Shown: positions 25,001 through 36,091, numbered from the stretch's first letter. The stretch: 45,732 bases of DNA from a virus (IMGVR_UViG_3300012940_000042:1-45732); one strand, 5' to 3'. Notes: generated by a model from the sequence alone, not told the origin. Numbers and translations: made by a program.

Positions 25001-27829
25001 ATGGCTAATGAACATAAAGTTGAGATAGTCGTAGGTATTAAAGATTTAGCCACCCGTTCAATAGATAATTTGATTAATAAAGTTAGTCAATTATCTAAGC
25101 TTTCCTCTTCAAATATAGGCACTGGTTTCAGTGCCTTTAATCGTAATTTGGATTCTACGATTAGTAAGATGGATAAGCTCGCCAATTCTTTATATAAATT
25201 TAAAATGTATACTTCAGATATTTCAAGAAATTTAAGAAATATTACCAGTCTTGGCGTTGTTATGGGTGGAGCTTTAGCTATTGATAGTGCAAATGCTGCT
25301 ATTGATTATCAATATAAAATGGCAACAGCACAATCAAGAATGGAAGTTAGTAATAATGTAAAACAACAAGTTAGTGATTATATTTTAAATAATTTAAATA
25401 ATCAAGTTGCTGCTGGACCTTCTAAATTAGCAGATTTAGCTATTACATTAGGTCAAGGTGGCATTAGTAATGCAAATGATATGAAATCCTTACTTAAAAC
25501 TGTTTCTTATTTTTCAGAAGCAGTTGATGCTGTACCTGACCAAGCTGCTGAAATGGTTATTTCTGCTGCAAAAGGTTTTAATATTCCTATGCAAAAATCT
25601 TCTGATATTACAGATAAATTAACTGTAGCACTTAATAAATCATTATTACAAGTAGATGAAATGCCTCATGCTATTGGTGAACTTTCTGGTCGTGCTAAAA
25701 TGTATGGACAATCACTTGATTCTTCATTAGTTGCATTAATGACAGGCAGAAACCAGGGTATGTCAGCAGCTCAAATGTCACAGGACTTTTTAAATGGCTT
25801 AAGGTCTATTTCTCTTGTTGGTAATGATATGGTTTTATATCCACAAAGAAGGAAATATTATGAATCTTTAGGTGTAGATACAAGTTTCTTTGATACTAAT
25901 ACTAAAAAATTAAAAGAATATCCGGAAATTATAGCATCTTTGGAAAAAACTTTAGTTAATAATGGTTTTACTAATAAAAAATATGGTGTAGAAAATATTG
26001 ATGATTTCCATAAACTTATCCAAAAATACAATGGTCAACTTCCTGAAGATTTCTGGAACTCTATGAAAGCTATGCCTCTTATTTCAAGAGTATTTGGCGC
26101 AGCTGGTATGGCTCCAATAATGATGGGCTTACAATCAACATATCAAGAAACTGACCCTAAAACAGGTAAAGCAACAGGACCTGTATATTATGGTTCTGAA
26201 GCATTGAAAAAAATGGAATATGATGTTCAACATTCAAAAGGTGCTGTAAATGATACTCATGATATTGTTGCAAATACAGCTAAATTCCAATTAGATGTAT
26301 TAAAGGGTGTTTGGGAAAGTGGACAAATTAAACTTATGGATAACTTTTTGCCACTTATTCAAACTACTTCTGATTTATTAGGTGATTGGATTGGAGGAAA
26401 AAATTCTAAACCTAAAAAACCTAATGGTCAACCTCAAACTGTCGATGAATTATTAACTGGTTCAAGTAAGTTCCAATTATCAGTTGATGATACAGCAGAA
26501 AATTTAAAGAAAAGTGGACATCCAATTTTAGCTAGTCTTGTAAAAACCACTGGAAATGGAATTACTAATGCAGTAAATATGAGTCCAATTGTTAATCCAT
26601 TAAGTAAAGATATAACTGGTGCATTTTCTGATTTAACTAAAGCAGATTGGGGTAATTCATTATTAACATTCCCAGCTCATGCAGTTAAAAATATTACTAA
26701 ATTTATTCTTGATATTGCTAATGGTAGTAAAGACTTAGATGATGCTATAAGTAAATTACCAGAAAATTTACAAGACCCAGCAAAGCTAATTACTAAATTA
26801 GTTCAAGGTGGATTAATTTTACTTGCTACTAATTCAATGGTTAAAATTTTAGAATTAACTATTAGAGGTGCTAGTACTGCTCTTAAAACATATAAAATAG
26901 GTAAAGATATAACAACAGCTATTGCTGATTTTATAGTAAAATTAGTTAAAGGTGGAACTAAAGGTGATGGTAAAGGAAAAGGCTTATTAGATACAGTATT
27001 AAAAGATGCAGTTAAAACTATGAATGTTGAAGCAGCAGTTGTAAATGTATATGGAGGTAAAAAACCAGATGGGACACCACAAATAGGCGATGGAAAAAAT
27101 GGAAAATCTCCTAATAATTCAGGTAAAGTAAGTCCACCTAAAATAAATGCAATGAGTGTTTTAAAAGGTGGAGCATTAGCATTTGGTGCATATGCAGGTT
27201 ATGAATTAACTCAACAACCTTGGCAAAAATGGCAAGATGACCCTAATAATAAATATAAAGCTATTCTTGGAAAAGTACCAGCAAATTATAAAAATTATAC
27301 TAATGACAAAGAAGAGAAAAAACAAATTGCAGAAGAAGCAGCAAAAGAGGCAAATAAGGTAACTAATAATTATACTCAAAAAGAACTTCAAGGAATAAAA
27401 AAATATGTTCAAGATATTAAAAAATCAACTCCTACTGAAACAGCAGAAAAAACATCAGCATCTGTAAAGAAAACTGTAATACAACAATTGCCTAAATCTT
27501 TACAAGATAAACAATCAGCTCTTCATGATAAACAAATGTATAATATGCTTTATAATAATGTCGATACTAAAACTAATAATATTCAAAGTTCTATTGTTAG
27601 TGGATTTAATCAAGCTAATAAAAAATTGCAAAATGTTAAATTAAATAATAATGTTAATGTTAATGTTTCTCCTCCACAAGTAAGTATTACAGGTGATATT
27701 GGGAAATATCTTACTGTTTCATCTAAAGGTTCTACTAAATCCACTTCAAGTAATAAAGTAGAACGTTATAGTCAAGAGTATTTTGATAATCTTCATAATT
27801 CATTACTTCAAAGAAGATTAAGTTGGTAA
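25001..27829 (+). CDS. Tail tape measure protein
   Basis: 942 aa, helical and Ala/Gly-rich, TP901-like core (LGQGG, DKLTVALNKS); synteny. Confidence 0.88.
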   Translation: MANEHKVEIVVGIKDLATRSIDNLINKVSQLSKLSSSNIGTGFSAFNRNLDSTISKMDKLANSLYKFKMYTSDISRNLRNITSLGVVMGGALAIDSANAAIDYQYKMATAQSRMEVSNNVKQQVSDYILNNLNNQVAAGPSKLADLAITLGQGGISNANDMKSLLKTVSYFSEAVDAVPDQAAEMVISAAKGFNIPMQKSSDITDKLTVALNKSLLQVDEMPHAIGELSGRAKMYGQSLDSSLVALMTGRNQGMSAAQMSQDFLNGLRSISLVGNDMVLYPQRRKYYESLGVDTSFFDTNTKKLKEYPEIIASLEKTLVNNGFTNKKYGVENIDDFHKLIQKYNGQLPEDFWNSMKAMPLISRVFGAAGMAPIMMGLQSTYQETDPKTGKATGPVYYGSEALKKMEYDVQHSKGAVNDTHDIVANTAKFQLDVLKGVWESGQIKLMDNFLPLIQTTSDLLGDWIGGKNSKPKKPNGQPQTVDELLTGSSKFQLSVDDTAENLKKSGHPILASLVKTTGNGITNAVNMSPIVNPLSKDITGAFSDLTKADWGNSLLTFPAHAVKNITKFILDIANGSKDLDDAISKLPENLQDPAKLITKLVQGGLILLATNSMVKILELTIRGASTALKTYKIGKDITTAIADFIVKLVKGGTKGDGKGKGLLDTVLKDAVKTMNVEAAVVNVYGGKKPDGTPQIGDGKNGKSPNNSGKVSPPKINAMSVLKGGALAFGAYAGYELTQQPWQKWQDDPNNKYKAILGKVPANYKNYTNDKEEKKQIAEEAAKEANKVTNNYTQKELQGIKKYVQDIKKSTPTETAEKTSASVKKTVIQQLPKSLQDKQSALHDKQMYNMLYNNVDTKTNNIQSSIVSGFNQANKKLQNVKLNNNVNVNVSPPQVSITGDIGKYLTVSSKGSTKSTSSNKVERYSQEYFDNLHNSLLQRRLSW

Positions 27830-27846
27830 TATGGAGGTGAATAAAA

Positions 27847-28437
27847 TTGGCTAATTTAAAAAAGATGAAATATAAGAATTATACTTGGCCTTATAATCCA
27901 GGAACTTTTAGTTTAAGTAGTGAAAGAACAATTATACAACATAAATATCCTGATGTTAGTGGCGCAGAATTAGAAGATATGGGAGACGGAGCTAGAATAT
28001 TTTCTGGAGAAGGCGAATTTTTTGGTTCTTCAGCATATAGTGAATTTAATAAATTAAAAAAAGTTTATGATGAAGGTGGAGTTGGAAAATTAGTTCATCC
28101 TACATGGGGTACTTTTAATTGTGTATTTTCTAAACTTTCATTAAATCAACAACCTTTACCAAATTATGTATCATATTCATTTGAGTTTGTAGAAAGTAAA
28201 TCAGTAACAGTTTATAAAAAATTACCAAAAGTTAATGTTTCCAAAGTTTCAACTTCAAGTAGTAGTTCAAGTTATTTTACCTATACTATTAAAAAAGGAG
28301 ATACATTGTGGGATTTAGCCAAAAAATATCTTGGAAGTGGTACAAAATATAAAGAAATTGCTAATTTAAATAAAAGTGTTATAAAAGACCCACATTGGAT
28401 TTATCCTGGACAAAAAATAAAAATTCCTAAAAAATAA
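27847..28437 (+). CDS. LysM-domain baseplate / tube-initiator protein
   Basis: [10 protein letters not shown]-domain; Lys[19 protein letters not shown]...[10 protein letters not shown]. Confidence 0.88.
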   Translation: MANLKKMKYKNYTWPYNPGTFSLSSERTIIQHKYPDVSGAELEDMGDGARIFSGEGEFFGSSAYSEFNKLKKVYDEGGVGKLVHPTWGTFNCVFSKLSLNQQPLPNYVSYSFEFVESKSVTVYKKLPKVNVSKVSTSSSSSSYFTYTIKKGDTLWDLAKKYLGSGTKYKEIANLNKSVIKDPHWIYPGQKIKIPKK

Positions 28438-28448
28438 GGGTGTAATAT

Positions 28449-29474
28449 ATGTCTGTTAAAATTGATATTACAAATCATGAAACTGGAAATAGATATGAAA
28501 TTACTAATTTTATTTCATATGATATTTCACAAAGTTTATTTATTCCAGCTGATGCATTTAATTTTTATTTTAGTAATATAAATGGTGAAATATCCAATAT
28601 AATTACTTCAGGTGATGAAGTAAAATGTTATATAGATGGAAATTTAGTTTTAGATGGAATAATTGATGATATGAATGTTAGTTTATCTTCTGATTCAAGT
28701 GAGATTTATATAAATGGTAGAGATAAAGTTGGAATTTTAATGGACAATCAATTAGAACCTAAAACTTATTCAAAGATTGGATTAAAAGATTTCATTAATA
28801 AAATGGTATCTCCATATGGATTCTCCAAAATAAGTGTTTCATCTAATCCAAAAATAGATAAAATACAAATTAATGCTGGGGATTCCGTATGGGACCCAAT
28901 CTATAATTATTGTAAAGACCATAATTTATATGCTAGATATGATATAGATACAATTGTTGCATCATATTTAAAATCTACTACTGATTATGATTATGTATTT
29001 TCAAATGTAGTAAAAGAAGGAATTAAATTCCAATCTATTGATATTTTATTAAGCACGGCTAGCGTTAAAAATAAAATGATTGTTTATAGTGATAGTTATG
29101 ATTCAAAAAATAATATAAAATCATCTGCAACAGATTCTAGTTTAAAAATTAAAAGACAGGCAGTACAAAATGAACCTGATATTGAATCAGAATCTCAAGC
29201 AGCAACTAAAGCTAAACAGGCATTAAACGAAGCTAATAGAGAATCTTTTAAAATAACATTAAGAATGTATACAAAAAATTCAATTAAGATAAATAAAATT
29301 GGTAGAGTTTATGTCCCTAGAATTGGTTTAGATGCAATAATGTTAGTAGAAGAAGTTAACTATCAAAAATCTGTTGATTCAGGTAGTATTACTACAGTTA
29401 AATTAGGATTAGTTGAAGGTGTACCAGTTAAATGGGGCATTCATGATATTCCAACATTATTTTATCTAAGGTAG
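28449..29474 (+). CDS. Baseplate hub (Mu gp44 / XkdQ-like)
   Basis: PADAFNF, VLDGIID, INGRDK..ILMD; synteny. Confidence 0.8.
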   Translation: MSVKIDITNHETGNRYEITNFISYDISQSLFIPADAFNFYFSNINGEISNIITSGDEVKCYIDGNLVLDGIIDDMNVSLSSDSSEIYINGRDKVGILMDNQLEPKTYSKIGLKDFINKMVSPYGFSKISVSSNPKIDKIQINAGDSVWDPIYNYCKDHNLYARYDIDTIVASYLKSTTDYDYVFSNVVKEGIKFQSIDILLSTASVKNKMIVYSDSYDSKNNIKSSATDSSLKIKRQAVQNEPDIESESQAATKAKQALNEANRESFKITLRMYTKNSIKINKIGRVYVPRIGLDAIMLVEEVNYQKSVDSGSITTVKLGLVEGVPVKWGIHDIPTLFYLR

Positions 29475-29484
29475 GTTAAATAAT

Positions 29485-29865
29485 ATGGATGTTTTAAATA
29501 TAGTTAGAGCGGAATTAGCTAAAAAATTTAAGAATTTAAAGACTGCATTATTTGGTACTATAAACTCTGTAATTAAAAATGATAACAGTGTTTATGTAGG
29601 AATTTCACCAGATGAAGAACTTAGGGATGTTAGCATAGTATCCCCATATGGAATTTATTCACTCCCTAGCGTGGGCTCAATGGGTCAAGTCATTTTCAAT
29701 AATAGCACTAAGAAAGCAGTATTAATTGGAGTTGTAGATTCTAATAAAAAACCTGTTGAAATTGATATTGGAGAAGTAATGCTATATAATTCTAATGCTG
29801 GAACTTATATTCTTTTATCTAATGATGGAAAAATAAGATATAAAGGAGAAATGGAGAGTGTATAG
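29485..29865 (+). CDS. Baseplate spike (Mu gp45-like), short
   Basis: PYGIYSLP..G, IDIGEVMLYN. Confidence 0.7.
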   Translation: MDVLNIVRAELAKKFKNLKTALFGTINSVIKNDNSVYVGISPDEELRDVSIVSPYGIYSLPSVGSMGQVIFNNSTKKAVLIGVVDSNKKPVEIDIGEVMLYNSNAGTYILLSNDGKIRYKGEMESV

Positions 29866-30223
29866 AACATTAAAATTAGTTGATGGTGATATATCCTTTA
29901 GTAATTTAGGAAAATTAGAATGGATAGAAGATATAGATTCGCTAAAACAAACAATATATATTAAATTAAATACATTAAAAAATGAATTATTTTATAATGA
30001 AAATTTTGGAATAGAAGATTTAACTACATTAAAAAATCTTCCAAATTATTATGATTTTATTGGTTATAGTATACAAGAAGCATTAATTGATTATGAAAAA
30101 ATAGTTGATGTCAATATTATAAATATAATAAATACGTCTACTTCTGGTATTAGTAAAGTTGATATAGAAATTGAAGTTATATTATCAGATGATACAAAAT
30201 TATATATTGCTTATTCTATTTAA
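29858..30223 (+). CDS. Baseplate wedge gp25-like protein (XkdS/DUF2634-type)
   Basis: DGDI, SLKQ.I..KL.T..NELFY..NFG. Confidence 0.75.
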   Translation: MYRTLKLVDGDISFSNLGKLEWIEDIDSLKQTIYIKLNTLKNELFYNENFGIEDLTTLKNLPNYYDFIGYSIQEALIDYEKIVDVNIINIINTSTSGISKVDIEIEVILSDDTKLYIAYSI

Positions 30224-30237
30224 AGGGAGTGAAATAA

Positions 30238-31314
30238 TTGCCTGAATTTAAAGATAAGGAAACATTAGTTAATGAAGTTATTGAAAATTTATCTACATCA
30301 TTACCTGATACAGTTGATTTTTCAGATGGTGAGCCATTAAGAACTATAATTGAAGCGCTAATGGCTGAACTAGATTTTCAATATTTTCAATTAGAACAAG
30401 TTTATGATAATGGATTTATTGATACTGCTTATGGCGAAGATTTAGATAAACTTGTAGCTTTATTAGGTGTTAAAAGAATACAAGCTACTTATGCAACAGG
30501 TATTGTTACATTTTCAAGAAGTACTCCTGCTCCACAAAATTTTGTTATACCATTGGGTACATTAATAGAAACAATGCCAAATTTAGAAGGTGTATCAATT
30601 CAATTTCAAACTACTCAAGATGCAGTTTTATTAGAAGGTACAACTTCTGTTGATGTTCCAATTCAAGCATTACTCCCTGGTAGTCAAGGAAATGTTGTTG
30701 CTAATAAAATTATTGTTATAAATGAACCACCTACTGGAATTGAGTCTATTAATAATAATGAACAAACTAATAATGGCGCAGATACTGAAACTGATGATGA
30801 ATTAAAAGAAAGAGCAAGGCATGTATTAGATTCTTCTGGTTTAGGAACGGTTAAGGCTTTAGAATATTCAATAAAAGAAATAGCTGGTGTAAAGTCTGTT
30901 GAAGTTAATAATATGGCTAGGGGTATTGGAACAGTTGATGTCTTAGTTTTGGGAGATATAATTCCATTATCTAATGAAATTAAAACTGAAATATTAAATA
31001 CAATAGATAACACAAAACCTCTTGGAGTAGATGTTCAGTTATTGGAACCATCTGTTGTATATCAAAATATAGATGTAACATTATATATATCAGAAGGTTA
31101 TACTATTGATGATGTAAAAGATGAAGTAGAAAATGCTATTTTATCTTATGTAGATTCATTAACAATTGGTCAAACATTAATTTTTAATCAATTAAGTAAA
31201 AGTATTTTAAATTCAAGTTCAATTATTATTGATTTAGATTTAAATAATCCAATTGATAATGTTACTACTGATTCAAATAAAATAATAAGAGCAGGTAAAA
31301 TTACTATTCATTAA
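30238..31314 (+). CDS. Baseplate J/gp47 family protein
   Basis: DTAYGEDLD, ATGIVTF, PGSQGNV, NGADTETDDELKER, GTVDV. Confidence 0.92.
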   Translation: MPEFKDKETLVNEVIENLSTSLPDTVDFSDGEPLRTIIEALMAELDFQYFQLEQVYDNGFIDTAYGEDLDKLVALLGVKRIQATYATGIVTFSRSTPAPQNFVIPLGTLIETMPNLEGVSIQFQTTQDAVLLEGTTSVDVPIQALLPGSQGNVVANKIIVINEPPTGIESINNNEQTNNGADTETDDELKERARHVLDSSGLGTVKALEYSIKEIAGVKSVEVNNMARGIGTVDVLVLGDIIPLSNEIKTEILNTIDNTKPLGVDVQLLEPSVVYQNIDVTLYISEGYTIDDVKDEVENAILSYVDSLTIGQTLIFNQLSKSILNSSSIIIDLDLNNPIDNVTTDSNKIIRAGKITIH

Positions 31315-31327
31315 GGAGGTGAATATA

Positions 31328-32821
31328 ATGGCAAAAATAGATTTTATATTAGATAATTTCCCTAATCATTATAATAAAAGCAAATCTAGTAATTTATATA
31401 AATTATTATCAGCTCTTGGTAGTGAATTAGATGATTTTTTATTAAATTTAGAAAGTGTTAGAACATCAAGATATGTAGATGATGCAAATGGTATTGAATT
31501 AGATAAAGTTGCTAGTATTTTGAATTTAAAAAGATTTTTTAATGAAAATGATGATTTATTTAGGGGTAGAATTAAAACAAAAATTCAATCATTTATTGGT
31601 GGTGGTACAGTAAATGCTATTAAACAAGTTGTTGAAACATATTTAGGTGTAACACCAATAATTGTTGAACATTATCAAGAAGGAGAAAACCACCCTTACT
31701 TTGATAATGGTGTTTTTAATGGCTTAGATTATGATTCAACAGTTAAAAATATTACAAGTGATTTCAATGGTAAAGTAGCTGGAAGTACTGTAGAAAATCC
31801 TAATATAGCAAAACGATGGGCATATACTACATTGTTATCTCCAAGTGATTTTAATGCAAGCGATGCAGAAGCTGCTATAAATTATTCATATATTTCAAAA
31901 ATAGATACATCAGTACAGAGTAATAATAATAAAAATAATGGATATATTATTCAGCAACTTTTTTCTTTTAATTTAATTCGTCTTGTTGAAGATAAATATG
32001 GACCAATTCAAGCTACAGATAAAGTACAATGGTTGAAGGATAATATATTTAGAATAACATGTAACTGGTGGGGAAATGGCAGTGGGCCTAATGGAAATAA
32101 AGCTACTCTTGTTAGATATAAAACAGACACAAATTCTTATTATACAGATTATCAAGTTAGTCATACATCTAGTGCTATCAGTAGATTACAAATTGGAACA
32201 ACTAGTCCAACAACTTCTATTGATTCTAATGGCTTTGTTCATTTCCTAGCTTATGCTGACCCATCAGATGGAATAACAGCAAGCACAATTAATACAGATT
32301 ATATTAACTTAGAAATTATGGTAAATATTGGTGAAGATACTGATAAATTAAAATTATCAATTGAAAATGGTATTTCATATATAGAAGGAAATAAAATTAC
32401 ATCAGTAAAGACAGATTTAACTTTATCTAGTAATACTACTTCTTATATAATTTTAAATAATAGTGGCATAATTACATCAAGTAGTTCACCTGCTGGAACT
32501 AATCAAATTCCTCTTTATACTGTTACAACAACATCAGGTATTTCATCAATAACAGATAATAGAAGAATATTAGACCCTTTTCATGATTTTATAACTAATT
32601 CAAATAGTATTACAGTTCAAGTACCATATGATTTTACTGAAGGTTTTTTAACAATTGAAGATACAATAAATATTTTAAAAGATACAGTTGCAGCAGGTAT
32701 GGCATTATTAATTCAAGTAATTGGTACCTATGATGAAACATTAACAATAAAAGAAGAAATTGAATCATATTTTATGGTTGGGTTTAGTGGAATGGGTTCA
32801 TCCAACTTAATTGGAGGATAA
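31328..32821 (+). CDS. Baseplate wedge (gpI/gp48-like) protein with inserted domain
   Basis: ANGIELDKVASILNLKR..NENDDLFRGRI....GGTVNAIK; C-terminal VAAGM. Confidence 0.75.
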   Translation: MAKIDFILDNFPNHYNKSKSSNLYKLLSALGSELDDFLLNLESVRTSRYVDDANGIELDKVASILNLKRFFNENDDLFRGRIKTKIQSFIGGGTVNAIKQVVETYLGVTPIIVEHYQEGENHPYFDNGVFNGLDYDSTVKNITSDFNGKVAGSTVENPNIAKRWAYTTLLSPSDFNASDAEAAINYSYISKIDTSVQSNNNKNNGYIIQQLFSFNLIRLVEDKYGPIQATDKVQWLKDNIFRITCNWWGNGSGPNGNKATLVRYKTDTNSYYTDYQVSHTSSAISRLQIGTTSPTTSIDSNGFVHFLAYADPSDGITASTINTDYINLEIMVNIGEDTDKLKLSIENGISYIEGNKITSVKTDLTLSSNTTSYIILNNSGIITSSSSPAGTNQIPLYTVTTTSGISSITDNRRILDPFHDFITNSNSITVQVPYDFTEGFLTIEDTINILKDTVAAGMALLIQVIGTYDETLTIKEEIESYFMVGFSGMGSSNLIGG

Positions 32822-32823
32822 AA

Positions 32824-33273
32824 ATGGAAAATATATTAAGAATAAAAGGTGAAATAGAAATTTGGAGATATGAAAAAGGTAAAATTGATGGTTATTGGAA
32901 ATATGAGAACTTAATTACTAATGCTGGCTTTGATTATTTAAGAAAGCTTATTGGAAATGATAAAACTGGTGGTATTAATAGAATTGCATTAGGTGATAAT
33001 GGTACTGCAGTATCAGTTACTGATACAGCTCTAAAAAATGAAATTATAAGAGTTGGCTTTAATAATAGAGATTATAGTATTGATAAAAAAGTTAAGTTTT
33101 TGGCAATTATCCCTGAAAATTCTTTTGAAACTTCTGTATATTATAGAGAAGGTGGACTTTATTATGATACTAACAATGAAAAAATATTAGTTACTAGATT
33201 AGTATTTCCTGACCCTATATACCAAAAAACAACAAATTCATTAAGCATTTCTTATAATTTAAAACTATCATAA
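32824..33273 (+). CDS. Tail-collar/fibre attachment-like protein
   Basis: NLITNAG...L, IALGD.GT...TDTAL.NE, REGGLY. Confidence 0.65.
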   Translation: MENILRIKGEIEIWRYEKGKIDGYWKYENLITNAGFDYLRKLIGNDKTGGINRIALGDNGTAVSVTDTALKNEIIRVGFNNRDYSIDKKVKFLAIIPENSFETSVYYREGGLYYDTNNEKILVTRLVFPDPIYQKTTNSLSISYNLKLS

Positions 33274-33288
33274 TTTGAGGTGTTAATT

Positions 33289-35796
33289 TTGAATAAGAAA
33301 ATATTTTTAAGAAACAAACCATTTGACCCAAATGATGCAAAAGAAATGCAAGATTGGATTGAATCTTCCTTACAAAATTTATCAAAATCTATATATTTAA
33401 ATGGCGTTGTGTCTGGTTTAGCAGTTACAGTTAGTTCTGGGATGACTTTAAGCATATCTCCAGGTTTAGCATATGATTCAAATTATAAATTATTAAATAT
33501 TGATACAGCTAAAACAGTTTCACTTAGTAATGGTGATTCTTCTCCAAGATATGATTTAATTGTTATAAGATATAAATCTACAACTACAAATAATGCTGAT
33601 ACAAATAATATTTATGGTCAAGGAACATCGTATATTTATTCACAAAATCAAACAGAAAGCTATGAAATTGTTGTATATAAAGGAGTGCCAGCAACAACTC
33701 CTGTAAAACCTAACATTCCTTCTGGAGAAGTTGCATTAGCTTATGTGTATATTGCAGCAAATGCTACATCAGTTACTTCTACTAATATTGAAGATATAAG
33801 AAGTTTTGTTGACTTATATACAGATTTTACTGTAGACCCAACAATGGCTCCAACTAATTCTAATACTGGTAAAATTAAACAATTAATAAGTTGGGTTGTT
33901 AATAGAATTAAAGCTATTACAGGTGAATCCGATTGGAAAACTAGCCCAGCCGTAGATTTAAAAACAACTAAATCACATATTGATGCTACAACTAATGTAC
34001 ATGGAGCAACAAGTTCAGCTACTGCTAATAAAATTATTATTAGAGATTCAAGTGGCAGAGCTAAAGTTGCAGCTCCTTCAGCTAGTGATGATATAGCAAG
34101 AAAAGATACAGTTGATGCTGTACAAACAAATTTAAATAATCATGTGGGAGATACTAATAATCCACATGGAGTAACTAAAACCCAAATTGGATTAGGAAAT
34201 GTAGATAATATTCAACAAGCATCAAAAACTGAATTTAATACTCACTTAAATGATAAAAATAACCCACATAGTGTTACAGCTTCCCAAGTTGGAGCTTACA
34301 CTAAAACAGAAACTGATAATATAACTCAGGGAAAGGCAAATGCTGCTCAGACAGCTGCTATAAACTTTGCTAAAAGTTTTGGATTGGGTGACGTTGCGAA
34401 AGATATAAGTAATACAGATGTAAATAATTTAGATGTTACAGGATTTTACAAAGGTACTGCATTAACAAATGCTCCAGAAACAGATACAAGCATTGTATGG
34501 AATATTATTAATATAAAAGTGTCAAGCACTGGCGCTATACAGTTAGCAATTAAAGTAACTGGTAATGGAGAAGTGTATACAAGAAGAAAATCAGCTGGTG
34601 TATTGGGAAATTGGACTCAATTAGAAACAACTTCAGGCGCGCAATCAAAAGCAGACACTATACAAGCAAATTTGAACAGTCATACAGGAAATAAAAATAA
34701 CCCACATAGCGTAACTGCAGCACAGGTAGGGGCGTACACAAAATCTGAAGCGGACAGTATGGCTCAGAGTAAGGCAGATAGTGCCTTAAGTTCAAGTCTA
34801 GAATTTGTAAGGGAGAATGCCATAGTTGGGGATACAACACCACTACCAAATAATACAGACTTTAATACTGTAGTTACCCCAGGCGTCTATAGGATACCCC
34901 TTCTATATAACAGTGGCGGCAGTAATATTATAGGAACTTATGTGAATAGCCCTAGAAACCCACTGTCTGGCCTACTCATTGTAGGCATATCCGATATGGA
35001 TAGCAGCGATGGAAAGCCTTCTTTATTCCAAATGGTTATTAGTACAGACAGCAGATTTTACTTTAGGCCGCACTACTTTCTTGATGGGTCTTCGGGCTGG
35101 GGATCCTGGCGCGAGACTTTAACAACAGCTGGCGGTACTATGTCGGGGGCTTTAGATATGACAGCCTTTGGCTTAAAGTTTAACCTAACATTAGCGGCTA
35201 ATACGTTACCTGCGTCTATACCTGCAGGCTTTACGTGCAGCATAATGAATGACGGACCAGCCGGAAAAGGGCTTGTTTTATCATATTCCACGGGCGATCC
35301 TTCCGTAGGTGTATGGCAGCTATATTTTTGTCAAGGTACCGCAACGCCAAGCTTAGTATTCTATAGGGGATCAAACATTATCGAAAATAGCGAGGGTATA
35401 TACACCTGGACTAGCTGGAGAAGACTACTAACTTTCGAAGAAAATAATAGTGTAACATGGTTTGATTTAGACTTAATGAATGGTGTACAGGCCTATGACA
35501 GCTCCACACCTCCACAATATACAAAAGTTGGTAACATAGTTTTTATACGGGGAGCTGTAAGAAATATACTGTCAAGTAATACAGTTATTGCTAACTTACC
35601 CCAAGGTTATAGACCATCTATATCTATGCACGCTGCCTTGCCATCGAGTATAGATGGAAATAATGCGGCTAGCTTCGCAAGATGGCTATATAACACTAAC
35701 GGCGACATTAAACTAGAAAATCTATCAACAAACGGAAAATATGGCTCCGCCTATTGGTATCCGTTTGATACTAGCTTTTTAGTAGAACCTTTATAG
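33289..35796 (+). CDS. Tail fibre / receptor-binding protein
   Basis: GVVSGLAV N-domain, three H....NNPH.VT..Q.G repeats, knob-like domains, C-terminal VFIRG...IANLP.GYRP. Confidence 0.88.
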   Translation: MNKKIFLRNKPFDPNDAKEMQDWIESSLQNLSKSIYLNGVVSGLAVTVSSGMTLSISPGLAYDSNYKLLNIDTAKTVSLSNGDSSPRYDLIVIRYKSTTTNNADTNNIYGQGTSYIYSQNQTESYEIVVYKGVPATTPVKPNIPSGEVALAYVYIAANATSVTSTNIEDIRSFVDLYTDFTVDPTMAPTNSNTGKIKQLISWVVNRIKAITGESDWKTSPAVDLKTTKSHIDATTNVHGATSSATANKIIIRDSSGRAKVAAPSASDDIARKDTVDAVQTNLNNHVGDTNNPHGVTKTQIGLGNVDNIQQASKTEFNTHLNDKNNPHSVTASQVGAYTKTETDNITQGKANAAQTAAINFAKSFGLGDVAKDISNTDVNNLDVTGFYKGTALTNAPETDTSIVWNIINIKVSSTGAIQLAIKVTGNGEVYTRRKSAGVLGNWTQLETTSGAQSKADTIQANLNSHTGNKNNPHSVTAAQVGAYTKSEADSMAQSKADSALSSSLEFVRENAIVGDTTPLPNNTDFNTVVTPGVYRIPLLYNSGGSNIIGTYVNSPRNPLSGLLIVGISDMDSSDGKPSLFQMVISTDSRFYFRPHYFLDGSSGWGSWRETLTTAGGTMSGALDMTAFGLKFNLTLAANTLPASIPAGFTCSIMNDGPAGKGLVLSYSTGDPSVGVWQLYFCQGTATPSLVFYRGSNIIENSEGIYTWTSWRRLLTFEENNSVTWFDLDLMNGVQAYDSSTPPQYTKVGNIVFIRGAVRNILSSNTVIANLPQGYRPSISMHAALPSSIDGNNAASFARWLYNTNGDIKLENLSTNGKYGSAYWYPFDTSFLVEPL

Positions 35797-35807
35797 GGGT
35801 GATATGA

Positions 35808-36089
35808 ATGATAAAAGTTTATCGTATTGACGAAAACGGTTACTATATAGAAACGGTCCTAATCGAAGACGACGCACAAGTACCCGAAGACTGTATAAAG
35901 GAACCGTTTCCTATGGGAACCTGGAAACCACGCTACATCAACGGCGCCTGGCAAAACGGGATGTCTCAAGCAGAAATTGAAGCTATAATGAGCGCACCAA
36001 AACCTAAATCACTGGAAGATGAAGTGGCAGACATCAAGAAGCAAAATGTCGACTTATTGTATCAGCTAATGATGGCGGGGGTGCTTTGA
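35808..36089 (+). CDS. Tail fibre assembly chaperone
   Basis: YRIDENGYYI, KPRY.NG.W; directly after the fibre. Confidence 0.7.
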   Translation: MIKVYRIDENGYYIETVLIEDDAQVPEDCIKEPFPMGTWKPRYINGAWQNGMSQAEIEAIMSAPKPKSLEDEVADIKKQNVDLLYQLMMAGVL

Positions 36090-36091
36090 GG

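Noticed and set aside
33289-35796. Diversity-generating retroelement or invertible tail cassette
   Set aside because: No reverse transcriptase, template repeat, invertase or alternative tips in the window; repeats are ordinary fibre repeats
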